A stretch of 64,000 nucleotides of DNA, from positions 1,061-65,060 of the forward strand of contig CALAOV010000136.1 of NCBI GenBank assembly GCA_937889515.1, given 5' to 3'. The notes under the pieces were generated by a model. The model ran no database searches, was not told the origin of the DNA, and saw nothing but the letters and a program-made list of their open reading frames with translations. Positions 1-9,324 of this stretch are shown here, one piece after another. How positions within the stretch are numbered: the stretch's first letter is position 1; each line of letters begins with the position of its first letter. A program made the translations under genes and the position numbers. Source of the DNA: an uncultured Myxococcales bacterium (GTDB lineage Bacteria; Myxococcota_A; Polyangia; Fen-1088).

Positions 1-1
1 C

Positions 2-1120
2 GACCTGAACGGCGTGGTCTGGTTCCGCAAGACCTTCGACCTTCCGGCCGGCGCCGCGAGCGCCGCAGCGGAGCTGCAGCTGGGCATGGTCGACGACATC
101 GACACCACCTGGGTCAACGGCGTGAAGGTCGGAACCACCGTCGGGTACAACATGGTGCGGAGGTATCCCCTCGGCAGCGGCGTGCTCAAGCCCGGCCGCA
201 ACGTCGTCACCGTGCGCGTGCTCGACACCGGCGGCGGCGGTGGCATCTGGGGCGATCAGAAGCTGCAGGTCGTATTCGGGAAAATCTCACACGATGGCCA
301 GCACGCGGCAGAGCCGGACGCTGGCCAAGCGCCGCAGCCCATCATCCTGTCGGGTCCGTGGCGGTATCGAATCGGGATGAAACTGGAAGACGGTCCGCCG
401 CCGCCGATGGGTGTCACGGGCGATGTGGCCACACCCACCGTCCTTTACAACGGGATGATCGCGCCGCTCCTGCCCTACGCCATTGCCGGCGTGATCTGGT
501 ACCAGGGCGAAGCCAACGTGCATCGCGAGCAGCAGTACCGGACCCTGTTCCCCGCCCTGATCGCCGACTGGCGACAGTCCTGGGGCCAGGACTTCCCGTT
601 CCTGTTCGTTCAGATCGCCCCTCACCACGACATGACGCCCGAGCTGCGCGAGGCCCAGCTCCTGGCCTGGCAGCACACGCCGAAGACGGCGATGGTCGTC
701 ACGATGGATTGCGGCGACGCGACCGACATCCATCCCCCGCACAAACAGCCGGTCGGGGCGCGGTTGTCTCTGGCGGCGCGGGCGCTGGCCTACGGAGAAC
801 ACCTCGAATACTCCGGACCGGTCTTCGACACGATGAAGGTCGCGGGTGGAAAAGGAGCCGGCAAGGCGACGCTGAGTTTCACGCATCTCGGGCGCGGCCT
901 CGTCGCCAAGGGCGGCCCGCTCAAAGGTTTCACGATGGCCGGCGCCGACAAGGTGTTTCATCCCGCCCGGGCGCAGATCCGCGGCCACACGGTGGTGGTG
1001 ACGAGCGAGGCGGTGCCGCAGCCCGTGGCCGTCCGCTACGGCTGGGCCAACGTGCCGAACGGCAATCTTTTCAACAAGGCCGGCCTCCCCGCCCCGCCGT
1101 TCCGGAGCGATCCGAATTGA
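2..1120 (+). CDS. Sialate O-acetylesterase-like SGNH/DUF303 carbohydrate esterase, 5'-truncated at the window edge
   Basis: The ORF runs off the 5' end. It has the motifs VWFRKTFDLP, GVIWYQGEAN and TMDCGDATDIHPPHKQPVG, which are typical of the sialic-acid 9-O-acetylesterase family, and it sits next to glycoside hydrolase genes. Confidence 0.65.
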   Translation, partial: DLNGVVWFRKTFDLPAGAASAAAELQLGMVDDIDTTWVNGVKVGTTVGYNMVRRYPLGSGVLKPGRNVVTVRVLDTGGGGGIWGDQKLQVVFGKISHDGQHAAEPDAGQAPQPIILSGPWRYRIGMKLEDGPPPPMGVTGDVATPTVLYNGMIAPLLPYAIAGVIWYQGEANVHREQQYRTLFPALIADWRQSWGQDFPFLFVQIAPHHDMTPELREAQLLAWQHTPKTAMVVTMDCGDATDIHPPHKQPVGARLSLAARALAYGEHLEYSGPVFDTMKVAGGKGAGKATLSFTHLGRGLVAKGGPLKGFTMAGADKVFHPARAQIRGHTVVVTSEAVPQPVAVRYGWANVPNGNLFNKAGLPAPPFRSDPN

Positions 1121-1177
1121 GCCCGCCCGCGCGGCCCAGAGAAACGACGACGGACACCTTCGGGTTACACTACCGAA

Positions 1178-2209
1178 ATGGCCCGTCTAGCCCTGCTGGC
1201 GATATCTATCGTGACGTTACAGAGCTGCGGTGGCAGTGCACCGGCGCGATCGGTCGCGGACGCTTCGACGCCCGATGGCGCGCAACAGACTCGGGACAGT
1301 GCCGTCGCTGAGCGAGTGCAGCCGCTCTGGCTCGCGGAGAACAGCGGCAGCACCGACTACCTGTTCAGCATCTGGGGAAGCGGTCCCACCGATGTCTACG
1401 TCGCTGACGCGAACTACAACCCACCCCAGTCCGGTGGGATTCTCCACTCCACCGGAGACGGGACTTGGGTCAGGCAGACGAACGGGATTACGGGCCCCGT
1501 GCAGGCTGTTTGGGGAAGCGGCAGCAATGACATCTACGCGTCGAGCGCGGCGATGCTTCACTCGACGGGTGACGGCATCTGGACCCAGCAACCAACCGGT
1601 GTCGTCCAGACCACGTATGCAATCTGGGGCACCGGTCCCGACAACGTCTACATCGTCGGTGGGTATGACAATGTCGGGACCATCCTTCATTCTCCCGGCG
1701 ATGGTTCCTGGACCGTTCAGGCCACCGTCAACGCGAACCTGAACATGATCTGGGGAAGCGGCTCTACGGACATTTATGTCGTCGGGGTTGGCGAGATAGG
1801 CTCGACGTTCACCGGCGATATCTCCCGCAGCCAAGGAAACGGCACCTGGTCCAGTCAGACGCTGAATCCAAACCCTGGCACGAGCAACGTCTGGGGAAGC
1901 AGCAGCAGCGACGTGTACATAACGGGGCCCAGTGGATCGGTTCTCCACTCTGCGGGGGACGGGACATGGACCTCTGAATCGACGGGGCAACCGAACACAA
2001 ATGGCATCTACGCAATCTGGGGCAGTGGTCCGGACGACATCTACATCGGCGGCGATGGCGGTACGATTCTGCATATGACTGGCGGTGGTACGTGGACCAA
2101 AGAGAGCACACCCGGCGCCGATATCGTGATCCAGGCCATGTGGGGCAGCGGCCCCGACGACGTATACGCCGTCGGCAACGGAACGATTCTGCACCGTCGC
2201 ACCAACTAG
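1178..2209 (+). CDS. Secreted lipoprotein with about 8 tandem ~45-aa repeats (IWGSGxxDIYxVG ... ILHSxGDGTWT), beta-propeller-like
   Basis: It has a signal peptide with the lipobox LQSCGG and a clear internal periodicity of W-G-S-G/D-G-TW motifs. No catalytic motif was recognised. Confidence 0.55.
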   Translation: MARLALLAISIVTLQSCGGSAPARSVADASTPDGAQQTRDSAVAERVQPLWLAENSGSTDYLFSIWGSGPTDVYVADANYNPPQSGGILHSTGDGTWVRQTNGITGPVQAVWGSGSNDIYASSAAMLHSTGDGIWTQQPTGVVQTTYAIWGTGPDNVYIVGGYDNVGTILHSPGDGSWTVQATVNANLNMIWGSGSTDIYVVGVGEIGSTFTGDISRSQGNGTWSSQTLNPNPGTSNVWGSSSSDVYITGPSGSVLHSAGDGTWTSESTGQPNTNGIYAIWGSGPDDIYIGGDGGTILHMTGGGTWTKESTPGADIVIQAMWGSGPDDVYAVGNGTILHRRTN

Positions 2210-2236
2210 CGCCCGCCCGCCTCCTTCGACGGCCCG

Positions 2237-3913
2237 CTAGTAGGTTCCAACCACCACGCGAAGGATCTGCGGCTCCGAGGTGAAGTTGAGGCCCCAGTCG
2301 GTCTGGTCGCCGTTCCAGAGGCGGCGGAACTTGAACTTGCCGCTCTCGTAGGTCCCCTCCTCGACGCGCAGGTAGTCGCGCTGCTTCTTCGGCGCGGCGC
2401 CGGTCGTCTGGAAATCGACGCGGCAATGGACGCCGGCCACCAGAAACTGATTGTCGTCGAGTTGGGCGACGAAGGCGCCGCCGACGGGCTCGGCGTTCCC
2501 CGGCGGCTTGTCGCCGAATCCGAACTGCGGGAGGCCGTACGAGACGTTAACCTTCCAGCCGCCGATCTCCAGGCTCTGTGCGGGCGTCCCTTTCTTCTCG
2601 GCGACCCCTTTGACCTTCCCCTCGAAGCCGAGGCGGGCGAGCTCGCGCATCATCGGGCCGACGAGCTGGTAGTTGAGCGCGAACGGCGCCAGCGTCTCCT
2701 CGTTCGTCTTCTTGGCGCCGAGCGGAAAGTTCACGTAGTTCGTGACGTCGATCCCGAAGGGCGAGAACCCGAGCGTCTCGTGGCCGAGCGCGAGGAAGAA
2801 AAAGCGCGCGTACTGCGGCGCGTTCGAGATCTCGGGGATGAGGAGCGGATTGTCCGGCCGCCGGTAGAGCTCCATGACCTTGTCGACCTTGGTGTAGTCG
2901 TCCATGTAGATGTCGGGCGCCAGGAGGTCGAGCGCCGGCGCGGCCGCCTTCCATATGGGCAGCACGTCGTCGGTCGGACCGCCGCTCTCCCAGTTGACGA
3001 CGGGCCCCGGCGAGATCGGATCGCGGAGCGCGGCGTTCGCGTAAAGCGGCAGGGGATACTCGGCCTTGCCGGCGGCCGCCACCTCGCCGACGTAGCGGGC
3101 GACCGCCCACGCGTGGAAGAACTCGTCGGCGTCTTTGCCGAACGCTTCCTTCCAGCCCACATTGCTCACATTGCCCACGTTCCCCACATTGCCAATGTTC
3201 GCGCCGGCCGGCTTTTTCCCCATGGCGGCCAGGATCGGTGCCGGCACCGGAGCGTCGAACGCTTTCACCGCCGCCGGCGAGTAGTCGCGGACGGCCCCCC
3301 AGGTCCCCGATTCGTTCTCCACCTGCACCAGGATCACCGTGTGTTGCGGGTCGGTCTTCTTGAGATGGCGCATCAGCGCGACGAAGGCGCGCTTGTCCGC
3401 TTCGAGCATCTCGCTCGAGAACGGCGAGGCCGAGTCCACCGGGCGCCCGTCTGCGCGAAGCATCCTCACAAGCTTCTTCGGATCCTGCTTCATCCACAGC
3501 GGCATGTAGTGCGGGCTGCCGTTCTTCCAGGTCGCGAACCAGAGCAGGATCAGGTGAACGTCGTTCTTGCAGGATTGCGCGACGAGGGTATCCACCACCG
3601 AATAATCGAACGCTCCGGGTTTGGGCTCGAATTGTTCCCAGTAGACGGGCATCTCGACGGTGTTGGCGTGGATGGCTTTGATCGCCGGCCACACCTGCGG
3701 CAGCACGGCTGGCCAGGCGCTCGAGTTGTTCACCTGCGCGCCCAGGATCAGATACGGCGCGCCGTCGATGAGCAGGGCGTGGCGTCCATCCTTGTGCACC
3801 AGCCGAGGCAACGAATGATCAGTTGCCCACGCGGTCGCAGGGGCAGCAAGCAGGCCAACGAGGCCAATGAGACGGGCGAAACGGGGGAGCGAGCGTATGG
3901 TGGTCTTGCGCAT
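2237..3913 (-). CDS. Clan GH-A (GH35/GH42-like, DUF4978/DUF5597-type) glycoside hydrolase, putative beta-galactosidase
   Basis: It has an N-terminal signal peptide. The motif NTVEMPVYWEQFEPKPGAFDYS resembles the GH35/42 W-E-P region, and VQVENESG is a candidate NE acid/base motif. It also contains a (GNV)n loop repeat. Confidence 0.6.
   Translation of the reverse strand: MRKTTIRSLPRFARLIGLVGLLAAPATAWATDHSLPRLVHKDGRHALLIDGAPYLILGAQVNNSSAWPAVLPQVWPAIKAIHANTVEMPVYWEQFEPKPGAFDYSVVDTLVAQSCKNDVHLILLWFATWKNGSPHYMPLWMKQDPKKLVRMLRADGRPVDSASPFSSEMLEADKRAFVALMRHLKKTDPQHTVILVQVENESGTWGAVRDYSPAAVKAFDAPVPAPILAAMGKKPAGANIGNVGNVGNVSNVGWKEAFGKDADEFFHAWAVARYVGEVAAAGKAEYPLPLYANAALRDPISPGPVVNWESGGPTDDVLPIWKAAAPALDLLAPDIYMDDYTKVDKVMELYRRPDNPLLIPEISNAPQYARFFFLALGHETLGFSPFGIDVTNYVNFPLGAKKTNEETLAPFALNYQLVGPMMRELARLGFEGKVKGVAEKKGTPAQSLEIGGWKVNVSYGLPQFGFGDKPPGNAEPVGGAFVAQLDDNQFLVAGVHCRVDFQTTGAAPKKQRDYLRVEEGTYESGKFKFRRLWNGDQTDWGLNFTSEPQILRVVVGTY
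3158..3202 (-). repeat. 9-bp tandem repeat (CACATTGCC-like, about 5 units) encoding (GNV)n inside the GH35-like gene
   Basis: The DNA reads cacattgct cacattgcc cacgttccc cacattgcc aatgttcgc. It encodes ANIGNVGNVGNVSNVG. Confidence 0.6.
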
Positions 3914-3925
3914 GGATGATGTCTC

Positions 3926-5377
3926 CTACGGACGGCCACCAACGGTGATTTCGGTGATCGCCGGCTTGCCGTTGGCGGCGCGGATCTCGAAGCGAACGTA
4001 ACGCGCCGGCACCGGGCCGAAGGTGGCGACCTTCATCCTTCCGTCGGCCGGCCAGGTTCCGACGCTGGCCTCGCTGAAGGTGTCGCCATCGGCGCTGGTG
4101 GCAATCCGGTACGACGTGACGTTGCCGTCCTTGCTGCTCGCCTCGTGGTGGTAGCGCGGCACGACCCCGAGCCAGCCGACGTCCGGTTGCACCCGCCCGA
4201 GATCGAGTGTGATCGTCTGCGGCAACGCGCCCGTGGGCTGCCACATGCTGATGAAGTCGGTGTCGTTCTTGCCATCGATCGCGGCGTTTGCATCATCGCT
4301 GCTGGCCGTCGCCGACACCGGCGTGTAGGGGCGCTCGTTCTGCGGGGGCTGGGCCGGCAGCGGCGGACGCGCGCCGTTCGGCGTCCAGGCCGCGCCCACG
4401 TCCTGCAGCAGCTTGACGATCGCGGGGGCGAGCTTGCCGTCGCGGTTGGGCGGGCAGTTGAGCAGGAAATTGGTCCACTTCGGTTCCAGGTCTTCGAGGT
4501 GCTTGCTGACCACGTCCGAGACCGTCATCAGGCCGCCGACGTCGGGCGCCCAGAACCAGTCGTTGCCGCCGGTGGCATTCACCTTCTGCTCCTGCTGGGC
4601 CGGGTAGGTGTTGCCGGCCGGCGCCCACCCGCCCCGCGGCTCCTCGAAGTTGACGATGTCCATGTCCCAGGGGTCGGCCAGGTGCGCGTGATCGGTCAAC
4701 AGGCAGTTCGGTTGCAGCGACTTCACCAGGCCGCGGATCTCCTGGTACGCCATGGCGCTATGGCCCATCTGCCAGGACCAGCCGTCGATGATCAGGATCG
4801 GGATCGGACCGTAGTTGGTGAGCAACTCGGTGAGCTGCGTCTTGACGTAGGCCAGCTTGGCGGGCGTGAGGTGTCCGGCGCTGACGTCTTCGGTGGTGTC
4901 CCAGATCGAGTAATAGAGGCCCGGCAGCAGGCCCCGGCTGCGGAAGGCGTCCACGTATTCGCGCACGACGTCCCCCTGGCCGTTGCGCCAGGGGATGTGA
5001 CCGACGTTGAAATCGCTGGCGCGGCTCGGCCACAGCGCGAAGCCGTCGTGGTGGTGGGTGGTGAGCACGCCGTACTTCATCTTGGCGGCGACCGCGGCGT
5101 CGGCCCACTGGCCGGGATCGAGGCCGATCGGATTGAACTGCTTGATGTCCAGGTTCGGCTTCGACCACGAGCCGGTGTAGGTCAGGATCCCGAAGTGGAG
5201 GAACATCCCGAAGCGCAGGTCGACGAAATCGCGCTGAAGCTGTTCGAGCGGTTTGGCCGGCGCGGATTGGCTGTGGGTGCCGGCCGCAGGTGACGGTGGC
5301 TCGCGATGGGCGCAACAGGCCGGCAGCGGCGAGGCCAACACGGTTGCAAGCACCATCAATGGGGCGTGTCGGCTCAT
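3926..5377 (-). CDS. GH29 alpha-L-fucosidase with C-terminal F5/8 type C (discoidin/CBM32-like) domain
   Basis: It has a signal peptide. The core FGMFLHFGILTYTG...HHHDGFALWPS is the GH29 signature. The C-terminal SYRIATSADG...YVRFEIRA is a discoidin-like domain. Confidence 0.8.
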   Translation of the reverse strand: MSRHAPLMVLATVLASPLPACCAHREPPSPAAGTHSQSAPAKPLEQLQRDFVDLRFGMFLHFGILTYTGSWSKPNLDIKQFNPIGLDPGQWADAAVAAKMKYGVLTTHHHDGFALWPSRASDFNVGHIPWRNGQGDVVREYVDAFRSRGLLPGLYYSIWDTTEDVSAGHLTPAKLAYVKTQLTELLTNYGPIPILIIDGWSWQMGHSAMAYQEIRGLVKSLQPNCLLTDHAHLADPWDMDIVNFEEPRGGWAPAGNTYPAQQEQKVNATGGNDWFWAPDVGGLMTVSDVVSKHLEDLEPKWTNFLLNCPPNRDGKLAPAIVKLLQDVGAAWTPNGARPPLPAQPPQNERPYTPVSATASSDDANAAIDGKNDTDFISMWQPTGALPQTITLDLGRVQPDVGWLGVVPRYHHEASSKDGNVTSYRIATSADGDTFSEASVGTWPADGRMKVATFGPVPARYVRFEIRAANGKPAITEITVGGRP

Positions 5378-5492
5378 TCGCGCGACAGTGTACCCTCGCC
5401 TCGCCGCGGCGCGCGCGCGGAATATATGGAAGTTGCGCTAGCCACGCTCACCCCGTCGTGGAAATATCGCGGCCCTTCGAGGAGGTCCGTCC

Positions 5493-8363
5493 ATGCGAAT
5501 CGTGAAAGTCCTCATGCTGCTCGTCGCTGGCGTCGCACACGCGGGTCCGCGCGGTCCGGGCCACCCAGCTCCAGCGGGCGCGAAAGCAGACGTCCAGCGG
5601 GTGCCGGACGGCCTTCTCGTTCACCTCGGCGACGGCTTCCTCAAGCTCGAGGTCTGCGCGAGCGACGTCGTGCGCGTCGCGTACGCCAAGGACAAGACCT
5701 TCTTTGCCCGCAAGAGCCTGGCGACGTCGCCGAAGCGATGCGACGGCGCGAAGTGGGATCTCACCCAGGATGGCAAGACCGCGACGCTCGCCACGTCTAA
5801 GCTCCGCGTCCGCGTCGATCTCGGCACGGGCCGGGTCGCGTTCCTCGATTCGACCGGAACCGCAGTTCTCGAAGAAAAGGAGGGCGGCCGGACGATCATG
5901 CCGGCGATCGTCCAGGGAGAAAACACGCAGCACGTGCGACAGGAATGGATCCCGCACACCGACGAGGCACTCTACGGTCTGGGCGAAAACCAGCTCGGCC
6001 TCCTCAACCTGAAGGGCTACGACCTCGACCTCTGGCAGCACAACGGCACCCTGGTCGTTCCGTTCCTGGTGTCGAGCCGCGGCTGGGGCATCCTGTGGGA
6101 CAACACCTCGTTCACGCGATTCGGAGATCTGCGCGAGCTCGCGCCCATCCCCGCCGACCGCCTCTTCGACGCGCGCGGCAAGCGCGGCGGCCTCACCGGG
6201 TCGTACTACGGCGGCGCCGATTTCAAGCACCTGGTCGGCGAACGCGTCGACCGGGTCGTCGACATCGCGCTGTCCAGCAAGGAGCGAAAGCCCAACCAGC
6301 TCATCTATGCCGGCCTGCCCGAGGGCCCCGCCAGCGTGCGCTGGGCGGGAGAGGTCGAGGCCGAAGTGACGGGCGACTACACGTTCCAGACCTTCTCGAA
6401 CAGCGGCATCAAGGTCTGGATCGACGATCGGCTGGTCATCAACCACTGGCGCCAGGGCTGGTTGCCGTGGAAGGACGTAGCCAGGGTGCACCTCGAGGGC
6501 AAGCGCCGTCATAAGATCCGGCTCGAGTGGAGCAAGGATCAGAACATGGAGACGGTGCAGCTCCTCTGGAAGCCGCCGGCTCCGTCGACGACCCCCGCCG
6601 CGACCTCGCTCTGGTCGGAGGTCGGCGACGGCATCGACTACACCTTCGTTTACGGTCCGGAGATCGACAACGTCGTCGCCGGCTACCGGCGCGTCACCGG
6701 TCAGGCGCCGATGATTCCGCGCTGGGCGCTGGGCCTGTGGCAGAGCCGGCAGCGTTACGAGACCTCGAAAGCGAGCCTCGACGCCGTCGACGGCTTCCGC
6801 GCGCGCGGGATCCCCTTCGACAACATCGTCCAGGACTGGTTCTACTGGAAGGAAGACAGCTGGGGCTCGCACGAGTTCGACCCGGTCCGCTTTCCCGATC
6901 CGGACAAGTGGGTCCGCGACATCCACGCCCGGCATGCGCGCGTCATGATCTCGGTGTGGGGCAAGTTCTACCCGGGCACCAAGAACTTCGAGGAGATGCG
7001 CACGCACGGGTTCCTCTACCAGCGCAACTTGAGTGAAGGGCTGCGCGACTGGGTCGGCGACGGTGGCTACCCGTACACGTTTTACGACGCCTTCAATCCC
7101 GAGGCGGGGAAGCTGTTCTGGTCGCAGATGGAACGGACGCTGTTTCGCAAGCACGTCGATGCCTGGTGGCTGGACGCGCCGGAGCCGGACCTGCTGCCCA
7201 CGCCCACGCTCGACGGGCAGCGCACCCACATGAACCCGACGGCGCTCGGCTCCGGGCCACGCATGCTCAACGCCTACTCGCTCGTGAACAGCAAGACGAT
7301 CTACGAGGGGCAGCGCTCGGCGGCGCCGGACCAGCGCGTCTTCATCCTGACCCGCTCGGCTTTCGCGGGTAACCAGCACTACGGGGCGGCGGTCTGGTCG
7401 GGGGACATCACCTCGACCTGGACGGCGCTGCGCGCGCAGATCCCGGCGGGGCTCGGCCTGTCGGTCTCGGGGATCCCGTACTGGAGCATGGACATCGGCG
7501 GATTCGCAGTCCCGGCGCGCTTCGCGGCCGAGCACCCGACGCAGGAGGACGCCGAGGAGTGGCGCGAGCTGAACGTCCGCTGGTTCCAGTTCGGGACGTT
7601 CGTTCCGCTCCTGCGCGTGCACGGCGAGGCGCCCAAGCGCGAGATGTGGGAGCTGGGCGGCGAATTCCACGCGGCCTACAAGACCGAGCTGAAGTTCGAC
7701 CAGATCCGCTATCGCCTGCTGCCCTACGTCTACTCGCTGGCGGGCGCCGTCACGCACGACGGCAGCACGATCATGCGGCCGCTGGTCATGGACTTCCGCG
7801 GCGACGCCAAGGCGCGCGACGTGAGCGACGAGTACATGTTCGGGCCGGCGTTCCTGGTCAGCCCGGTCACCGCCTTCAAGGCGCGCAGCCGGAGCGTCTA
7901 TCTGCCGCACGCGACCGGCTGGTACGACTTCTGGAGCGGCGCCAGCGTGGCCGCGGGCAAGACGATCGACGTGCCCGCGCCTTATGACTCGATGCCCGTT
8001 CACGTCAAGGCCGGGGCGATCGTTCCGACCGGCCCCGAGATCGCCTACACCGACGAGAAACCCGCCGACCCGATCACGCTGTGGGTCTACACGGGCGCCG
8101 ACGGCGAGTTCACTTTGTATGAGGACGACGGTCTGACCTACGGCTACGAGAAGGGCGCGTCCGCGCGCATCCCCATCCGCTGGAACGACGCCACGAAGAC
8201 GCTCACCATCGGCAAGCGCGAGGGCGCGTTCCCGGGCATGCAGAAGGAGCGGACGTTCGACGTGGTGGTCGTGTCGAAGGGCAAGCCGGTCGGCTTCTCG
8301 TTTACGCCCAAGGCCGACAAGACGGTTCGGTACGCGGGGGCGGCGGTCGAGGTGAAGTTGTAG
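5493..8363 (+). CDS. GH31 alpha-xylosidase/alpha-glucosidase with inserted PA14 domain
   Basis: It has the signal peptide MRIVKVLMLLVAGVAHA. The PA14-like segment is GDYTFQTFSNSGIKVWIDDRLV. The GH31 catalytic regions WSGDITSTW and IVQDWFYWKED are present. At 956 aa it is typical of Xyl31A/YicI-like enzymes. Confidence 0.85.
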   Translation: MRIVKVLMLLVAGVAHAGPRGPGHPAPAGAKADVQRVPDGLLVHLGDGFLKLEVCASDVVRVAYAKDKTFFARKSLATSPKRCDGAKWDLTQDGKTATLATSKLRVRVDLGTGRVAFLDSTGTAVLEEKEGGRTIMPAIVQGENTQHVRQEWIPHTDEALYGLGENQLGLLNLKGYDLDLWQHNGTLVVPFLVSSRGWGILWDNTSFTRFGDLRELAPIPADRLFDARGKRGGLTGSYYGGADFKHLVGERVDRVVDIALSSKERKPNQLIYAGLPEGPASVRWAGEVEAEVTGDYTFQTFSNSGIKVWIDDRLVINHWRQGWLPWKDVARVHLEGKRRHKIRLEWSKDQNMETVQLLWKPPAPSTTPAATSLWSEVGDGIDYTFVYGPEIDNVVAGYRRVTGQAPMIPRWALGLWQSRQRYETSKASLDAVDGFRARGIPFDNIVQDWFYWKEDSWGSHEFDPVRFPDPDKWVRDIHARHARVMISVWGKFYPGTKNFEEMRTHGFLYQRNLSEGLRDWVGDGGYPYTFYDAFNPEAGKLFWSQMERTLFRKHVDAWWLDAPEPDLLPTPTLDGQRTHMNPTALGSGPRMLNAYSLVNSKTIYEGQRSAAPDQRVFILTRSAFAGNQHYGAAVWSGDITSTWTALRAQIPAGLGLSVSGIPYWSMDIGGFAVPARFAAEHPTQEDAEEWRELNVRWFQFGTFVPLLRVHGEAPKREMWELGGEFHAAYKTELKFDQIRYRLLPYVYSLAGAVTHDGSTIMRPLVMDFRGDAKARDVSDEYMFGPAFLVSPVTAFKARSRSVYLPHATGWYDFWSGASVAAGKTIDVPAPYDSMPVHVKAGAIVPTGPEIAYTDEKPADPITLWVYTGADGEFTLYEDDGLTYGYEKGASARIPIRWNDATKTLTIGKREGAFPGMQKERTFDVVVVSKGKPVGFSFTPKADKTVRYAGAAVEVKL

Positions 8364-8442
8364 GGCTCGTACTCGGGCGATCGGGACTGTCGAACCGCCC
8401 GCGGTGGCGGACTGCGCTCGCTCGCTGCCTATCGGCAGCTCG

Positions 8443-8766
8443 TCAGCGTCCGGCAACCATTCGGTCGTAATCTTCGTGGTTCCCGATCCAGTACCAGGTG
8501 ATCCCTTCACGCTTCAGGATGCCGACCGCTCGACAGTCGCGCGTCACGCGCACGGAATAGACGTGGCGGGCATCGTTCGACCCGCGGCCTCGTCGGCGAG
8601 AGCTTCGTCAGCCAACGCATTCAGAGCGTCCTGGGACTGCTCGAAACGGGCGGTTCCAGCCCTCCTCAGATGCGAGCTCGACCTGCAGCCAGTCCGCGAT
8701 GCGATCCTGCTCGTCCGGGGGAAGGGACGAGATCTTGGAGAAGACGCTATTGAGGGCCCGAGTCAC
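8443..8766 (-). pseudogene. Decayed type II TA remnant: antitoxin-like reading (LPPDEQDRIADWL...EEGWNR, frameshifted) followed by a C-terminal-only RelE/ParE-like toxin fragment
   Basis: Manual minus-strand translation gives ...ARHVYSVRVTRDCRAVGILKREGITWYWIGNHEDYDRMVAGR*, which reads as a RelE/ParE-superfamily C-terminus. It has no usable start. Upstream are antitoxin-like segments split across two frames. No intact ORF exists here. Confidence 0.35.
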
Positions 8767-8930
8767 TCTCCAAGAATACGATCCGAGCGGCCGCCGAACA
8801 AGCCATCGACCCGCGCGCGGAGCGAAAGCGTCGTGCTATGCCCGATTCTCCCCGGGCGACCTTCGCAGGCTATCGCGACGAGCCGTCGTCTGCGCTACGC
8901 TCCAGTTTCGGTTACGTCGCGGAGGCTCAG

Positions 8931-9317
8931 ATGAAGAGAGTCACAGGCATCGGGGGAATCTTCTTCCAGGCGCGCGATCCCGCCGGGTTGCAGGCTTGGT
9001 ACAAGAAGCATCTCGGCATCGACGTGCAGGAATGGGGCGGCGCAGCGTTCACCTGGACGGATGACGCGGGCAATCCCACGAAGGGAACAACCATCTGGTC
9101 TGTCGGCGCTGCCGGCGGCGATCACTTCGCGCCAAGCACCTCGACCTTCATGGTCAACTACCGCGTCGATGATCTGGCCGCCCTGCTTGCGGCGCTACGC
9201 GAAGAGGGCTGCAACGTGCTCGAGAAGACGGATGACTCCGAGTACGGCAAGTTTGGTTGGGTCATGGACCCTGAGGGCAACAAGGTCGAGCTCTGGCAGC
9301 CACCCGAAGGGCAATGA
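8931..9317 (+). CDS. VOC family protein (glyoxalase/bleomycin-resistance fold)
   Basis: The N-terminus is MKRVTGIGGIFFQARDP. A GGAGG RBS lies 6 nt upstream of the ATG at 8931. The 8838 start in the ORF track is probably an upstream extension. Confidence 0.65.
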   Translation: MKRVTGIGGIFFQARDPAGLQAWYKKHLGIDVQEWGGAAFTWTDDAGNPTKGTTIWSVGAAGGDHFAPSTSTFMVNYRVDDLAALLAALREEGCNVLEKTDDSEYGKFGWVMDPEGNKVELWQPPEGQ

Positions 9318-9324
9318 ATTCCCG

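Noticed and set aside
5448-8510. 1020-aa minus-strand ORF antisense to the GH31 gene, and similar long antisense ORFs (2426-3919+, 4145-5293+, 13248-15170-, 26349-27992+, 28879-29850+, 31622-33016-, 36860-38248-, 38191-39534-, 49729-52764+, 53056-55800+)
   Set aside because: These are Arg/Ala/Gly-rich low-complexity translations with no recognisable motifs. Each lies opposite or out of frame to a gene with clear family signatures. This is the expected stop-codon-poor antisense frame of ~70% GC DNA.
8404-8934. 176-aa plus-strand ORF between the GH31 gene and the VOC gene
   Set aside because: It is low-complexity Ser/Arg-rich with no motif. The same DNA carries the recognisable minus-strand TA remnant, and the VOC gene has its own RBS and ATG at 8931.
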